A DNA stretch of 64,000 nt from Simkania sp. (lineage in GTDB: Bacteria > Chlamydiota > Chlamydiia > Chlamydiales > Simkaniaceae). Positions 1 through 10,586 of the stretch are shown here, in pieces (within the stretch, counting starts at the first letter, position 1; every line of letters begins with the position of its first letter). The DNA lies in assembly GCF_965215465.1 (NCBI RefSeq), contig NZ_OZ244056.1:2205169-2269168 (forward strand), written 5' to 3'. A program made the translations under genes and the position numbers. The notes under the pieces were generated by a model, which searched no databases, was not told the DNA's origin, and saw nothing but the letters and a program-made list of their open reading frames with translations.

Positions 1-712
1 ACTGTAAGCGCTATTAACGCTCGCTTTCACTCCGGCTCCGGAACGGATATTCCTTAACCTAGCCGTATAACTTAACTCGCTGGCTCATCATGCAAAAGGC
101 ACGCCATCAGCCATTTCCCTAAAAGGGATATAGGCCTCTGACCGCTTGTAAGCTACTGGTTTCAGATTCTATTTCACTCCCCTAACAGGGGTTCTTTTCA
201 CCTTTCCACCACTGTACTTGTGCACTATCGGTCATCGACGAGTATTTAGCCTTGGAGAGTGGTCTCCCCAGATTCAGACCGGGTTTCACGTGTCCGGCCC
301 TACTCAGGTGCTAATCTCACTTAAGTTTTCCTTTTGCACACGGGGCTCTCACCCTGTATCGCTCACCTTCCCAGATGATTATGCTAAGTCCAATTAAGCT
401 TTGTGACTAGTCCTACAACCCCGAAAATAAATTTTCGGTTTGGGCTATTCCCACTTCGCTCGCCGCTACTACGGGAATCTCAATTGATTTCTGTTCCTCT
501 GCCTACTTAGATGTCTCAATTCAGCAGGTATCGCCTTCCTACCCTATGTATTCAGATAGGAATAGTGGAGGACTAACTCCACTGGGTTTCCCCATTCGGA
601 AATCTTCGGTTCAATGCTTCTCTCCAGCTCCCCGAAGCTTATCGCAGGTACGCACGTCCTTCATCGCCTGTCGATGCCAAGGCATCCACCAATAGCTCTT
701 AATAGCTTAATC
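1..712 (-). rRNA. rrl: 23S ribosomal RNA, 5' portion (continues past the left edge of the window)
   Basis: The reverse complement of ~655-712 reads GATTAAGCTATTAAGAGCTATTGGTGGATGCCTTGGCATCGACAGGCGATGAAGGACGTGC, the conserved 23S 5' end. The region has no credible ORF. The 5' boundary is approximate (+/-10 nt). Confidence 0.9.
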
Positions 713-1008
713 AATAATTCGTGATCGGATATTCAACCGACTTTCCTCCCGCAAGCCAGGCTCACAGGAAAAATGCGATTGAATACCTTTCATCATTGAT
801 TTGATAATGAGTACTTGTTTCTCAAGCGCTGATTCAAATCAGCTTTGCTAGATATTTATATAGATTTACTATCTATGATAACTTTTCAATTTCTGTCAAG
901 AAAACGCAGTTGCGCCATCTCGACAGTAAAAGCGAAGTGACAAGAGAACATAAGGTTTGCTCAACCTAGATTGGCAAAAAGCTCAAGGCTCTTTGCTATC
1001 TTGTCCAT
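713..1008 (-). other. 16S-23S internal transcribed spacer without tRNA genes
   Basis: This is the sequence between the 16S 3' end and the 23S 5' end. I could not fold a tRNA cloverleaf or find a T-loop (GTTCGA-type) motif. Confidence 0.7.
922..962 (-). other. 3'-flanking arm of the 16S rRNA precursor (processing) helix
   Basis: GACAGTAAAAGCGAAGTGACAAGAGAACATAAGGTTTGCTC is complementary to 2644-2681, apart from a 4-nt bulge and two positions that are G-U pairs in the minus-strand RNA. Confidence 0.6.
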
Positions 1009-2558
<1,550 letters not shown>

Positions 2559-2643
2559 AAATAGAATCTAATCTTTGAATTTCCGAGGTCATAGCCTCGG
2601 ATGAATTGATAAGAGCGTATATAAAACAAGTGTTCAAATATAC

Positions 2644-2681
2644 GCGACAAACCTTATGCTTGTCACTTCACTTTTACTGTC
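2644..2681 (-). other. 5'-flanking arm of the 16S rRNA precursor (processing) helix
   Basis: GCGACAAACCTTATGCTTGTCACTTCACTTTTACTGTC is the reverse complement partner of 922-962. Confidence 0.6.
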
Positions 2682-2980
2682 AAAATAGCGCTGCAGCACT
2701 CAGGGTGCCACTCTCTCTTTCTCGAGTTTTTTTCAAGAAAGAATCTAACAAGATACAACACCAGTAATTTTCGCGCAACGAAATTTAAAATAAAATAAAT
2801 TTTTTCCAAAGCTTCCTAGAGAAAAACAGCTTCAGAAGTGCTTCTCAGACCTGTTTTGAAAGTTCATTAAAATGAAAAAAATGGAAAAAAAGTCTCTCTT
2901 TTTTGCCGCTAAATCCTTTTTTGACGCGCTTTTTCAAGCGCTTCAACCCTTCCTTTTGTGGCTTAAAAAACCTTACTGAA

Positions 2981-5266
2981 TCACAAATTGGATGATGGGA
3001 AAGGTTCCTTCATCATCTCTTTTTCATAGAACTGCTGGTTTATTTTGTCCGCCTGATACCTTAGCTCAGGGAAAATGGCTGTTATGGCTGACCATCTTGC
3101 CTTCGGCTCATAGGGAGGATTTCCAAGAACCCATATCTTATACTGTCTAGAAAAAATGTCTTTTAACCGTAAGATATCAATCCAATAGTTCACAAAAGTC
3201 ACCAATCGATCTGCATCCATATTAAATGCATAGGCAAAAAACTCTTTGCCCAAAGATGGAGTCGTTTCCACAACCGCATAGTCTGGATACTTTGTCGGCC
3301 ATGCAATCGCCGTTTCATCAGTCCACATGAATGCATTCACTTTGTTCTTCCCCTTTTCAAAGTAGTCTTCTATAGACCCAAATTCTACAATCCGCGCTTT
3401 AGGAAAATGAAATTGAGCAAGATTTTTCCACGTTGGATCTTCAATAATCCCGATCGTTAAATCTTCTTCTTTTTTCAATCGTGTATAGTCTGTGAAGTCT
3501 GCTTCATCTTCTCTAGGGACGACTAAAACAAAGCTTGTGGAAAGATAGGGTTTTGACATCGTGGCATTGACCAATCGAGTATGAGTCATAAAGATTGCGC
3601 CAACCGCTATATCAAATAGATTGTTTTCTAGATCAGACTCAAGGGTTCTCCACTCGTAGGGGATAAATTCAATGCTCACATTGAGAATGTGAGCAAGGGT
3701 ATAAACAAAAGCGACATCAAACCCTGCCAGTTGATTTTGATCATTCCAATACACAAAAGGCATCACTTTTGGGTTGTAACCGACGCGCAGAATTCCTGTT
3801 GCTTTAATCCGACTCAATAAATCGCTCATTTTAGGGCTCTCAGGAAGCGTTTGATAAGCCTGCTTACGCGACAAATAGGCAACTTGAGGATACACTGTAA
3901 CAGTTTGGTCGACATCTGTTACCCAATAGGAGTAAGGCCTTCCTTTAATGTGAATGAGGTTTAACTTACTGATAGGAAAAGAGAGTAAAAAGGCAGCGGG
4001 GATAATCAAGCATAGACACAAAAGTCTCCCACGATTCTTTTTTCTATGCTCTTTAAGTGAGAAGAAACCAATAAATGTGAGAGTAAACATGCACATCACA
4101 CTGGCTAAAGTTTGAAAGTTTCTCGTGAGAGGCATTAACTGAACATACAAACTTGTTGCGTCTTGTGAAATATGCCATTGCGTCGCAAAAAACTTTACCG
4201 CCAAAATTGTGGTTGTTGGAGATCCAAAAGAGGCAATCCAACCTACGATTGGAGCGAGATAAAATTGCGCCTTCGTAAGAGGCGCGTGATAGAAGTGTCC
4301 CGCAAAGAACACAAACAAGATGACGATGACGTTCCCGATTTGAGCAAAGGAATACGAAATCAAAGGAATCGATTCAAAGTCTTTTGGCTCTTTGTGATTT
4401 TCTTTTTGTCTTTCGTAAAACTCTTGTGCTGCACGTTGAATGAAAGGGATCGCGATCACAGAGATTCCTGTAGCGAAGCAAACAATAAGTCCTGTTCGAA
4501 GTGTTGAGAAGATTTCACGATACTTGATTGGAACTAAGAATTTCAAAAATAGGGGTAACACGACAAAAACAGTCAGGAGTGCAAAAATGACGTAAGAAAT
4601 CAGATAAAATTGAATCTCATTAAATTGGTCGACCGTAAGAGTTCCAACAGTCGATGCAATCAGGGCAAAAGTTCCCACTGGAGCGAGTCGGGTCAACCAA
4701 TTGAATATCTTTAAAATGCCCTTCACTCCAACAGATAAAACATCCAGTACCTTCTCTTTTTTTTCCATCCTTATCAAAGTCACTCCCATAATGATAGAAA
4801 AGATGGTGACAGCAGGAATGAAATTGAACGTCAGAGCATAAAAGGGGTTCTCCGGCACAAAATAACTCAAGATGTGCTGCACAAAACCGCCCGGCTCTGA
4901 TGAAGTTGGTGTAATAAATTGCCTTTGAGTCTGGGGGATCAGATTCACAAAAATCATGATGAGAACAAGGCTTAAAATCCAGATCACCAAAAATGGCTTC
5001 CAGATTTTTTTCAACAGGAGCTGCCAACCTCTCTTGGAAAACAACCCAATACTATAAATGATCCCAAAGACAATATATGGCAGGACGACCATTTCAAGTG
5101 ACATGACATAGAGAGACCCAATAGGCATGAGGTAAGACGCAAAGTCTCCAAATAATAGGCCAACGCAAATCCCCAGGGCTGCCGCAATTAGAGTTTGCAC
5201 TCCCGAATTTAAACTTAGAAACCAACGGACCATCGCATCACTAGATTTTTTTCTCTTATACCTCAA
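2981..5266 (-). CDS. DAACS-type (sodium:dicarboxylate/amino-acid symporter-like) transporter fused to a C-terminal periplasmic solute-binding (family 3-like) domain
   Basis: 761-aa ORF. The N-terminal ~440 aa is multi-TM with divergent GltP-like blocks (ENPF.., LAPVGTFALIASTVG, FATGISVIAIP, FGSPTTT). An extra TM (LLCLCLIIPAAFLLSFPI) follows. The C-terminal part has GILRVGYNPKVMPFVYW..LAGFDVAF..FDIAVGAIFMT..R..SKPY, typical of polar amino-acid-binding proteins. The track start is TTG; the ATG at 5233 (MVRWFLSLN) is probably the real start. Confidence 0.7.
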   Translation of the reverse strand: MRYKRKKSSDAMVRWFLSLNSGVQTLIAAALGICVGLLFGDFASYLMPIGSLYVMSLEMVVLPYIVFGIIYSIGLFSKRGWQLLLKKIWKPFLVIWILSLVLIMIFVNLIPQTQRQFITPTSSEPGGFVQHILSYFVPENPFYALTFNFIPAVTIFSIIMGVTLIRMEKKEKVLDVLSVGVKGILKIFNWLTRLAPVGTFALIASTVGTLTVDQFNEIQFYLISYVIFALLTVFVVLPLFLKFLVPIKYREIFSTLRTGLIVCFATGISVIAIPFIQRAAQEFYERQKENHKEPKDFESIPLISYSFAQIGNVIVILFVFFAGHFYHAPLTKAQFYLAPIVGWIASFGSPTTTILAVKFFATQWHISQDATSLYVQLMPLTRNFQTLASVMCMFTLTFIGFFSLKEHRKKNRGRLLCLCLIIPAAFLLSFPISKLNLIHIKGRPYSYWVTDVDQTVTVYPQVAYLSRKQAYQTLPESPKMSDLLSRIKATGILRVGYNPKVMPFVYWNDQNQLAGFDVAFVYTLAHILNVSIEFIPYEWRTLESDLENNLFDIAVGAIFMTHTRLVNATMSKPYLSTSFVLVVPREDEADFTDYTRLKKEEDLTIGIIEDPTWKNLAQFHFPKARIVEFGSIEDYFEKGKNKVNAFMWTDETAIAWPTKYPDYAVVETTPSLGKEFFAYAFNMDADRLVTFVNYWIDILRLKDIFSRQYKIWVLGNPPYEPKARWSAITAIFPELRYQADKINQQFYEKEMMKEPFPSSNL

Positions 5267-5297
5267 AGAAAGCTCTAGTCAAGCGAGTAAACAGAGA

Positions 5298-5317
5298 AAG
5301 GAGGCAAAAGCCTCCTT
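5298..5317 (-). terminator. Hairpin just downstream of the 5323..6009 gene (possible terminator)
   Basis: AAGGAGGC-AAAA-GCCTCCTT is a perfect 8-bp stem. The T-tract is good on the plus strand and weaker (TTTCTCT) on the minus strand. Confidence 0.35.
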
Positions 5318-5322
5318 ATTTT

Positions 5323-6009
5323 TTAAGCGCCCAGGCGATCTAGCGCTTCGACTTGAGCTTTTGCTGCTTCAATTTGAGGGCGATCAAAAACCAAAAAGGA
5401 GACTTGTTTTTCACCATTAAAATGAAAAATGACATCACCTCGACTGTTTGGCATTTCAACTCCTGGAAACCGATATTCCCATGCTGCCTCTGTCAGCCAA
5501 AGCGAAGGGTCATCATCTTCATTAAAAAGTTCACAGTTATAAATACCTGCTTCTCCGTATAATTTTATGTCTTCGAAAAATGCAGGCATCTGTTTTGCAT
5601 CAAAAATCTCTCGATCAACAAGTAGTTGAATGGCTTCCTCTTCTGAAAGACCCTCGAGCTCTGGCTGCAAATCCATGAATAAGTGTAGAAACTCATCTTT
5701 ACTTGCTATTCCAGTCACAGACTGCAACATTTGAAAAGCGGTTTCTTCATGCCAAAGTGAGATCTTCCCACAGAGAGTTTTCAAGGTCTGAGCCTCTTCA
5801 AAAGGGCATCCTTTTTGTTCGAATTGGTGAACAACTCTTTTCGATAGTACCATTAGATCGATAAATCCAGGATGATTTGGGGACGTGACTTGCCTTCCTT
5901 GCCAAATCGAATCGACAATCACCCAATTCGCTTCTGCATCTTGAAGAAGCTCTTCAATTTGAGCAAAAGTTTCTGCTCCATCGATTGCTGAATCTAATTC
6001 TACTGACAT
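5323..6009 (-). CDS. Hypothetical acidic protein
   Basis: 228-aa ORF with an ATG start preceded by GAAGGTAGG. I recognised no motif. Confidence 0.55.
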   Translation of the reverse strand: MSVELDSAIDGAETFAQIEELLQDAEANWVIVDSIWQGRQVTSPNHPGFIDLMVLSKRVVHQFEQKGCPFEEAQTLKTLCGKISLWHEETAFQMLQSVTGIASKDEFLHLFMDLQPELEGLSEEEAIQLLVDREIFDAKQMPAFFEDIKLYGEAGIYNCELFNEDDDPSLWLTEAAWEYRFPGVEMPNSRGDVIFHFNGEKQVSFLVFDRPQIEAAKAQVEALDRLGA

Positions 6010-6278
6010 TTCCTACCTTCTTTTTTTAATTGTCTTGAAACGGGAAAAAATATATATAAAAACGCGATTCAGTTCAACTTTTTTAATTAAAAAATTTAAT
6101 AATAAAAAACAATATGCATTTTTCTAGGAAGCATTGTTAATTTAAGTAAGTTGGAAGAGGTCCTCTTATGAGGAAAATGCAAGGCGATCGATGCAGGCAA
6201 GCGGGTTGTCGAAGTAGATCAACGCCGAAATTTCCCTTAAGAAGGTCTAAGACAACATAGCGTAATTAATGATACTCC

Positions 6279-7652
6279 CTAAAAAAGGTAGACATAGAAG
6301 AGCATTCCGAGAATGTACCCGATGAATACGGGAAAGCTGATCTTTTTGAAGTAGGAGAAGAAGTCGACTTTTTCGAGTCCCATGAGAGCAACGCCTGCTG
6401 ATGACCCCATCACGAGAATACTTCCACCTGTTCCCGCAGCATAGGCAATCATGAGCCATAATGGAGAGTCAACTGGAACGGTTTGCATATCGTACATACC
6501 CATTGTCGCGGCAACGAGGGGCACGTTATCAATAATAGCTGAGACAATTCCAATGATTGTTGCAATGATGGCTTCATTTTTGAGGTACTTATCCATCGCC
6601 ATGGCAGCCGACTCGAGGAGCCCTGTCGATTCAAGAGCATTGACACTGAGCAGGATTCCTAAAAAGAAGAGGATACTTGAGACATCAATCTTCGTCAAAA
6701 TAAAGGGAACACGAAGGTGTTTCCGTTGTTCGTGTTTGTGATGCATGATGTCAGTGATAAGCCACATGATAGAGAGTGAAATGAGCATGCCCATAAAGGG
6801 GGGCATGCCTGTGAGCCACTTGAAAAATGGAACAAATAGAAACAAAATGATCCCGCAATAAAAAACGAGATGAGCCCCTGGCTCAAGCGGTTCATCACGA
6901 AAATCAATTTCAGATTTGGGGAACTTTCCTTTCACGCAAAAGGTGTAAACGAGCAAAGGGAAAAGTAACGAAACTAAGCTGGGAAAGAAAATTTCACCAA
7001 TGACTTTAGTCGTCGTGATTTGCCCTCCAATCCAAAGCATGGTCGTGGTGACATCTCCAATCGGAGTCCAAGCACCTCCAGCGTTTGCAGCAACAATGAC
7101 CATACAAGAATAGAGAAAACGTTCGTTCCGGTGCGGGATGAGCTTACGCAAAATCGAAATCATCAAAATCGTCGTGGTCAAGTTATCGAGCACGGCAGAC
7201 AGAAAAAAGGAAATAAAACAAATCACCCACAGCATTTTCCGTTTAGATCGGGTATGCAGGTAATGAATAAAAGTATTAAACCCTTTGTGTGAGTCGATGA
7301 GTTCGACAAGTGTCATCGCACCCAAAAGAAAGAAAAGAATTTGGGAAACATCACTTAAATGGGTGCCTAAATAAGCCAAACTTGTCTCAAGAGGTTGGGG
7401 ATCCCCAACAAAATAAATGAGCCAACACAAGACGGCTAGAAGAAGTGCAACAGCTGTTTTGTTGACTCGAATGATGAATTCAAGAATGATGGCAAGATAA
7501 CCAATACAAAAAATAGTGATTAAGAAGTTGTGCGAAAATGTAAAGATTTCCAAATTTACCACCTCATAGACAAGACGACATGGCGTCGACCACACCTTGT
7601 AGCTAAGAGTATCGCCTTCTTCCAATAAATGACAACCAATTTTGTAAAGCAT
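6279..7652 (-). CDS. nhaD: Na+/H+ antiporter, NhaD/ArsB-type permease
   Basis: 457-aa polytopic membrane ORF with NhaD-like blocks (LDNLTTT, ANAGGAWTPIGDVTTTMLW, IDNVPLVAA, AGTGGS). The 5' end overlaps the divergent ORF at 7629. An internal TTG at 7553 preceded by GAGGTGG is an alternative start. Confidence 0.75.
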   Translation of the reverse strand: MLYKIGCHLLEEGDTLSYKVWSTPCRLVYEVVNLEIFTFSHNFLITIFCIGYLAIILEFIIRVNKTAVALLLAVLCWLIYFVGDPQPLETSLAYLGTHLSDVSQILFFLLGAMTLVELIDSHKGFNTFIHYLHTRSKRKMLWVICFISFFLSAVLDNLTTTILMISILRKLIPHRNERFLYSCMVIVAANAGGAWTPIGDVTTTMLWIGGQITTTKVIGEIFFPSLVSLLFPLLVYTFCVKGKFPKSEIDFRDEPLEPGAHLVFYCGIILFLFVPFFKWLTGMPPFMGMLISLSIMWLITDIMHHKHEQRKHLRVPFILTKIDVSSILFFLGILLSVNALESTGLLESAAMAMDKYLKNEAIIATIIGIVSAIIDNVPLVAATMGMYDMQTVPVDSPLWLMIAYAAGTGGSILVMGSSAGVALMGLEKVDFFSYFKKISFPVFIGYILGMLFYVYLF

Positions 7653-8093
7653 TGCATGGAAACGTTCTACTCATCGATTAAACCTAATCTAAAAAGGTAC
7701 CTGATTCGATGCAGTTTACTTTTTGTCTTACCAGGGTTTGTTCTTCTGTTTTATATGGGAGTTTTTCTTAAAACTTCAGCTCTTGAAAGGTGGGGACTTT
7801 GGGGGTTTGCCTTGAGTTTTGTGCTCATTTCCGCGGGAATGATCCCCTATCGACGGATCATTCGCTTAGAAACAACTCCCCACTCCTTGTCACTTGAAAA
7901 AGACGGTCTTTGTTTTACCCATGCAAAAAAAGGGGCGATTGTTTTCCCCATCGACCAAATCAAGACATTTCATTTTGTGCAGCGTAAAGGATTTTACGGC
8001 ATTCGTATGCAGCTTGAAGACGGCAAACACTTTTTGCTTCCTTACTTTTCGAAAAAAACGTTTGAAGCACTGTCACAAATAAAAGATGTCTAG
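7629..8093 (+). CDS. Hypothetical membrane protein (two TM segments plus a small soluble C-terminal domain)
   Basis: 154-aa ORF; an alternative ATG lies at 7656. Hydrophobic pair LLFVLPGFVLLFYMGVF / GLWGFALSFVLISAGMI. Confidence 0.45.
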   Translation: MTTNFVKHCMETFYSSIKPNLKRYLIRCSLLFVLPGFVLLFYMGVFLKTSALERWGLWGFALSFVLISAGMIPYRRIIRLETTPHSLSLEKDGLCFTHAKKGAIVFPIDQIKTFHFVQRKGFYGIRMQLEDGKHFLLPYFSKKTFEALSQIKDV

Positions 8094-9049
8094 CTGATTC
8101 CAGCTTGGATGATATCGTGCATATGAAGCAGGCCCACTAGCTTCTGATTTTCTAGGACAGGCAGCATCATCACTCGCCTTTCGGGATTTTGTTGCATGAG
8201 CGTTAAGGCTTCCCAAGCAAGCAAGTTTTCACTGATTGAGAAAAAGCTTGGCATCATGAGCTCTTGCATCGGCTTTTCTAAAACCCCTGTTGGATCTTTT
8301 TGAATGCAGCGGCGCAAGTCTCCATCGGTAAAAATTCCCTTGAGTTTTCCTTTATCATCAGTAATGAGGAGGCAACCACACCGCTTGTTGGTAAGCTCGA
8401 TGATCCCTTCCCGTAAAGGTTGATTGGGATGACAGATGGGCAATCGCTGGTCCTTGAGCATAAGGTCATGCACACGGACAGTGACTTTTTTTCCGATATT
8501 TCCAGCTGGATGGTTTAGGGCATACTCATCCAAACTAAAGCGCTTGGCTTTCATCAGGGCCATCGTCAAGACATCTCCAAAAATCAACTGAACTGCTGTG
8601 GATGTCGTAGGAGCTAAGTCAAAAGGGCACAGCTCTTTGACAAACGGAAGATGGATGCCAAGATGGCATGCTTCAAGCAACCTGCACTGAGGGTTGGACA
8701 TCCAGGCAATGGCTTTGGCTCCCCTTTCTTTGACAAAAGGGATCAAGTTGAGAAGCTCTTCGCTTTCCCCACTTTTGCTAATACAAATCAGCAGGTCGTC
8801 TTTGCCGACAATGCCGATGTCGCCATGCAGGGCATTCATGGGAGGAAGATAAAGGGAAGTCGTTCCGGTTGAAATCATCGTCGTTGAGAGTTTTTCAGCA
8901 ATGATTCCACTTTTTCCAACTCCGGTAAAGATTAACTTACCCTTGCAGCTCTTAAACTCCTGAAAGATTTCTTCTGCTTTTTTGGTGTCGATTCGATCGA
9001 AAAAATGGTTCAAATTGAGCTGGTACTCTTCAAAGAGTTCCTTTAACAT
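8090..9049 (-). CDS. kdsD: Arabinose-5-phosphate isomerase (KdsD/GutQ family; SIS domain plus tandem CBS)
   Basis: 319 aa with GKLIFTGVGKSG, ISKSGESEE and C-terminal CBS-like repeats. ATG preceded by AGAGGA. Confidence 0.85.
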   Translation of the reverse strand: MLKELFEEYQLNLNHFFDRIDTKKAEEIFQEFKSCKGKLIFTGVGKSGIIAEKLSTTMISTGTTSLYLPPMNALHGDIGIVGKDDLLICISKSGESEELLNLIPFVKERGAKAIAWMSNPQCRLLEACHLGIHLPFVKELCPFDLAPTTSTAVQLIFGDVLTMALMKAKRFSLDEYALNHPAGNIGKKVTVRVHDLMLKDQRLPICHPNQPLREGIIELTNKRCGCLLITDDKGKLKGIFTDGDLRRCIQKDPTGVLEKPMQELMMPSFFSISENLLAWEALTLMQQNPERRVMMLPVLENQKLVGLLHMHDIIQAGIS

Positions 9050-9116
9050 CGCATTCCTCTTGATCTCAAGACTTGAATGGTATAATTATGAGATTAATAT
9101 AGCAAGGAGTCGAATC

Positions 9117-10553
9117 GTGAATCAAAAAGTTCCTATCACAATCGCGCGAGGCGATGGAATCGGTCCAGAAATTATGGATGCAACACTGCAGGTCTTGGAT
9201 GCTTCTGGTGCAGCACTTGACTACCGTGAGGTCGAAATCGGTGAAAAGGTTTATCTCGCGGGACATCCCACAGGGATTGAAGATTCGACATGGGAGACGA
9301 TCCGTCAAACAAAAGCCTTTCTCAAAGCCCCGATCACGACACCTCAAGGAGGTGGCTTCAAAAGTCTGAACGTGACGATTCGGACAACTCTAGGGCTCTA
9401 TGCGAATGTGCGCCCTTGTGTCTCCTATCATCCTTTTGTGGCAACAAAGCATCCCGAAATGGATGTGGTGATCGTTCGTGAGAATGAGGAAGACCTCTAT
9501 TCAGGAATCGAATACCGCCAATCCCCTGAGGTCTGTGAATCGATCAAACTGATTTCCGAACCGGGATCCGAAAAAATCATCCGCTATGCCTTCGAATATG
9601 CTAAGCGCAACAATCGGAAGAAGGTGACCTGCTTTGTGAAAGATAATATCATGAAGCTTTCCGATGGGCTATTCCACGCGGTTTTTAACCGCGTCGCAAA
9701 AGATTACCCCAACATTGAGAGTGATCACTGGATTGTCGACATCGGAGCTGCAAAGCTTGCTGATACCCCCGAGCTTTTTGATGTCGTGGTGATGCCCAAC
9801 CTTTACGGCGACATCTTATCTGATGTGGGTGCCCAAATTGCCGGATCAGTCGGTCTTGTAGGATCAGCAAATATTGGAGACCATGGCGCGATGTTTGAGG
9901 CAATTCACGGCTCAGCCCCAAGACGTGCTGGACAAAATGTGGCCAACCCTTCAGCTCTCATGCTTGCTTCTGTTTTACTTCTTCTCCACGTCGGGCTAAA
10001 AAACGAGGCTGAAGCTGTTCATAATGCTTGGCTGAAAACAATCGAAGATGGTGTCCACACCTATGACATTTTCAAAGATGGTGTGAGCAAACAAAAAGTA
10101 GGAACAAAAGAGTTTGCCGACGCGGTTGCGGGTAACTTAGGGCAAAAGCCTGCTGAGCTCAAAGCTGTCTCTTATGGCGAGTCTAAAAGTGAAAAAGAGC
10201 CAAAGTTTGAACGCACCCCCATCAATGTAAAGCGAAAATTAGTTGGCATCGATGTCTACATCTACTCCAATTTGACGCTCGAAGAATTTGAAAAAAATAT
10301 GACATCTGAGTCGTATGGTGAATTCAACCTTGAAATGATTAGCAATCGAGGAGCACGTGTCTATCCTGGAGGAATGCCTGAAACTTTTTGCATTGACCAA
10401 TGGCGCGTCCGTTTCATGCATGAAGGAGTCTGCACCCTAGAAGATCTCCTAGACTTACTGAAAAGCCTCATAAAAGGACGATGGGACATCATCAAAACAG
10501 AACATCTGTATGATTTTGATGGCCAGCCAGGATATTCATCCCCCAAAGGGTAA
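9117..10553 (+). CDS. icd: Isocitrate dehydrogenase (isocitrate/isopropylmalate dehydrogenase superfamily, long form with a C-terminal extension)
   Basis: ITIARGDGIGPEIM, NVRPC, VIVRENEEDLY, MPNLYGDILSD and GSAPRRAG motifs. A GTG at 9117 lies 8 nt after AAGGAG. The upstream TTG extension in the track has no homology-like sequence and overlaps kdsD. Confidence 0.85.
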   Translation: MNQKVPITIARGDGIGPEIMDATLQVLDASGAALDYREVEIGEKVYLAGHPTGIEDSTWETIRQTKAFLKAPITTPQGGGFKSLNVTIRTTLGLYANVRPCVSYHPFVATKHPEMDVVIVRENEEDLYSGIEYRQSPEVCESIKLISEPGSEKIIRYAFEYAKRNNRKKVTCFVKDNIMKLSDGLFHAVFNRVAKDYPNIESDHWIVDIGAAKLADTPELFDVVVMPNLYGDILSDVGAQIAGSVGLVGSANIGDHGAMFEAIHGSAPRRAGQNVANPSALMLASVLLLLHVGLKNEAEAVHNAWLKTIEDGVHTYDIFKDGVSKQKVGTKEFADAVAGNLGQKPAELKAVSYGESKSEKEPKFERTPINVKRKLVGIDVYIYSNLTLEEFEKNMTSESYGEFNLEMISNRGARVYPGGMPETFCIDQWRVRFMHEGVCTLEDLLDLLKSLIKGRWDIIKTEHLYDFDGQPGYSSPKG

Positions 10554-10586
10554 ATGAACCTGCCTTAGTCGATTCTCGCATGCTTT

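Noticed and set aside
4053-5027. Track ORFs 4053..4241, 4172..4507 and 4620..5027 overlapping the 761-aa transporter gene
   Set aside because: They are shadow or alternative-frame ORFs within a long, motif-supported CDS. Their composition is low-complexity or Cys/Arg-rich, and they have no SD.
6083-6090. Repeated TTAATTAA(A) palindromes in AT-rich spacers (also near 33617, 40304 and 41968)
   Set aside because: A handful of occurrences of an all-A/T 8-mer is about what is expected by chance in AT-rich intergenic DNA of this length. There is no consistent spacing relative to gene starts.
7629-7652. 24-nt head-to-head overlap between the nhaD start (7652) and the divergent ORF start (7629)
   Set aside because: This is probably an artefact of choosing the longest ORFs. 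Internal starts exist for both (TTG at 7553 after GAGGTGG for nhaD; ATG at 7656 for the plus-strand ORF). I do not treat it as a real overlapping-gene arrangement.
8982-9116. Upstream TTG-initiated extension of the isocitrate dehydrogenase ORF
   Set aside because: The extra 45 codons overlap kdsD on the other strand, have no homology-like sequence, and lack an SD. The GTG at 9117 has AAGGAG at the ideal distance.
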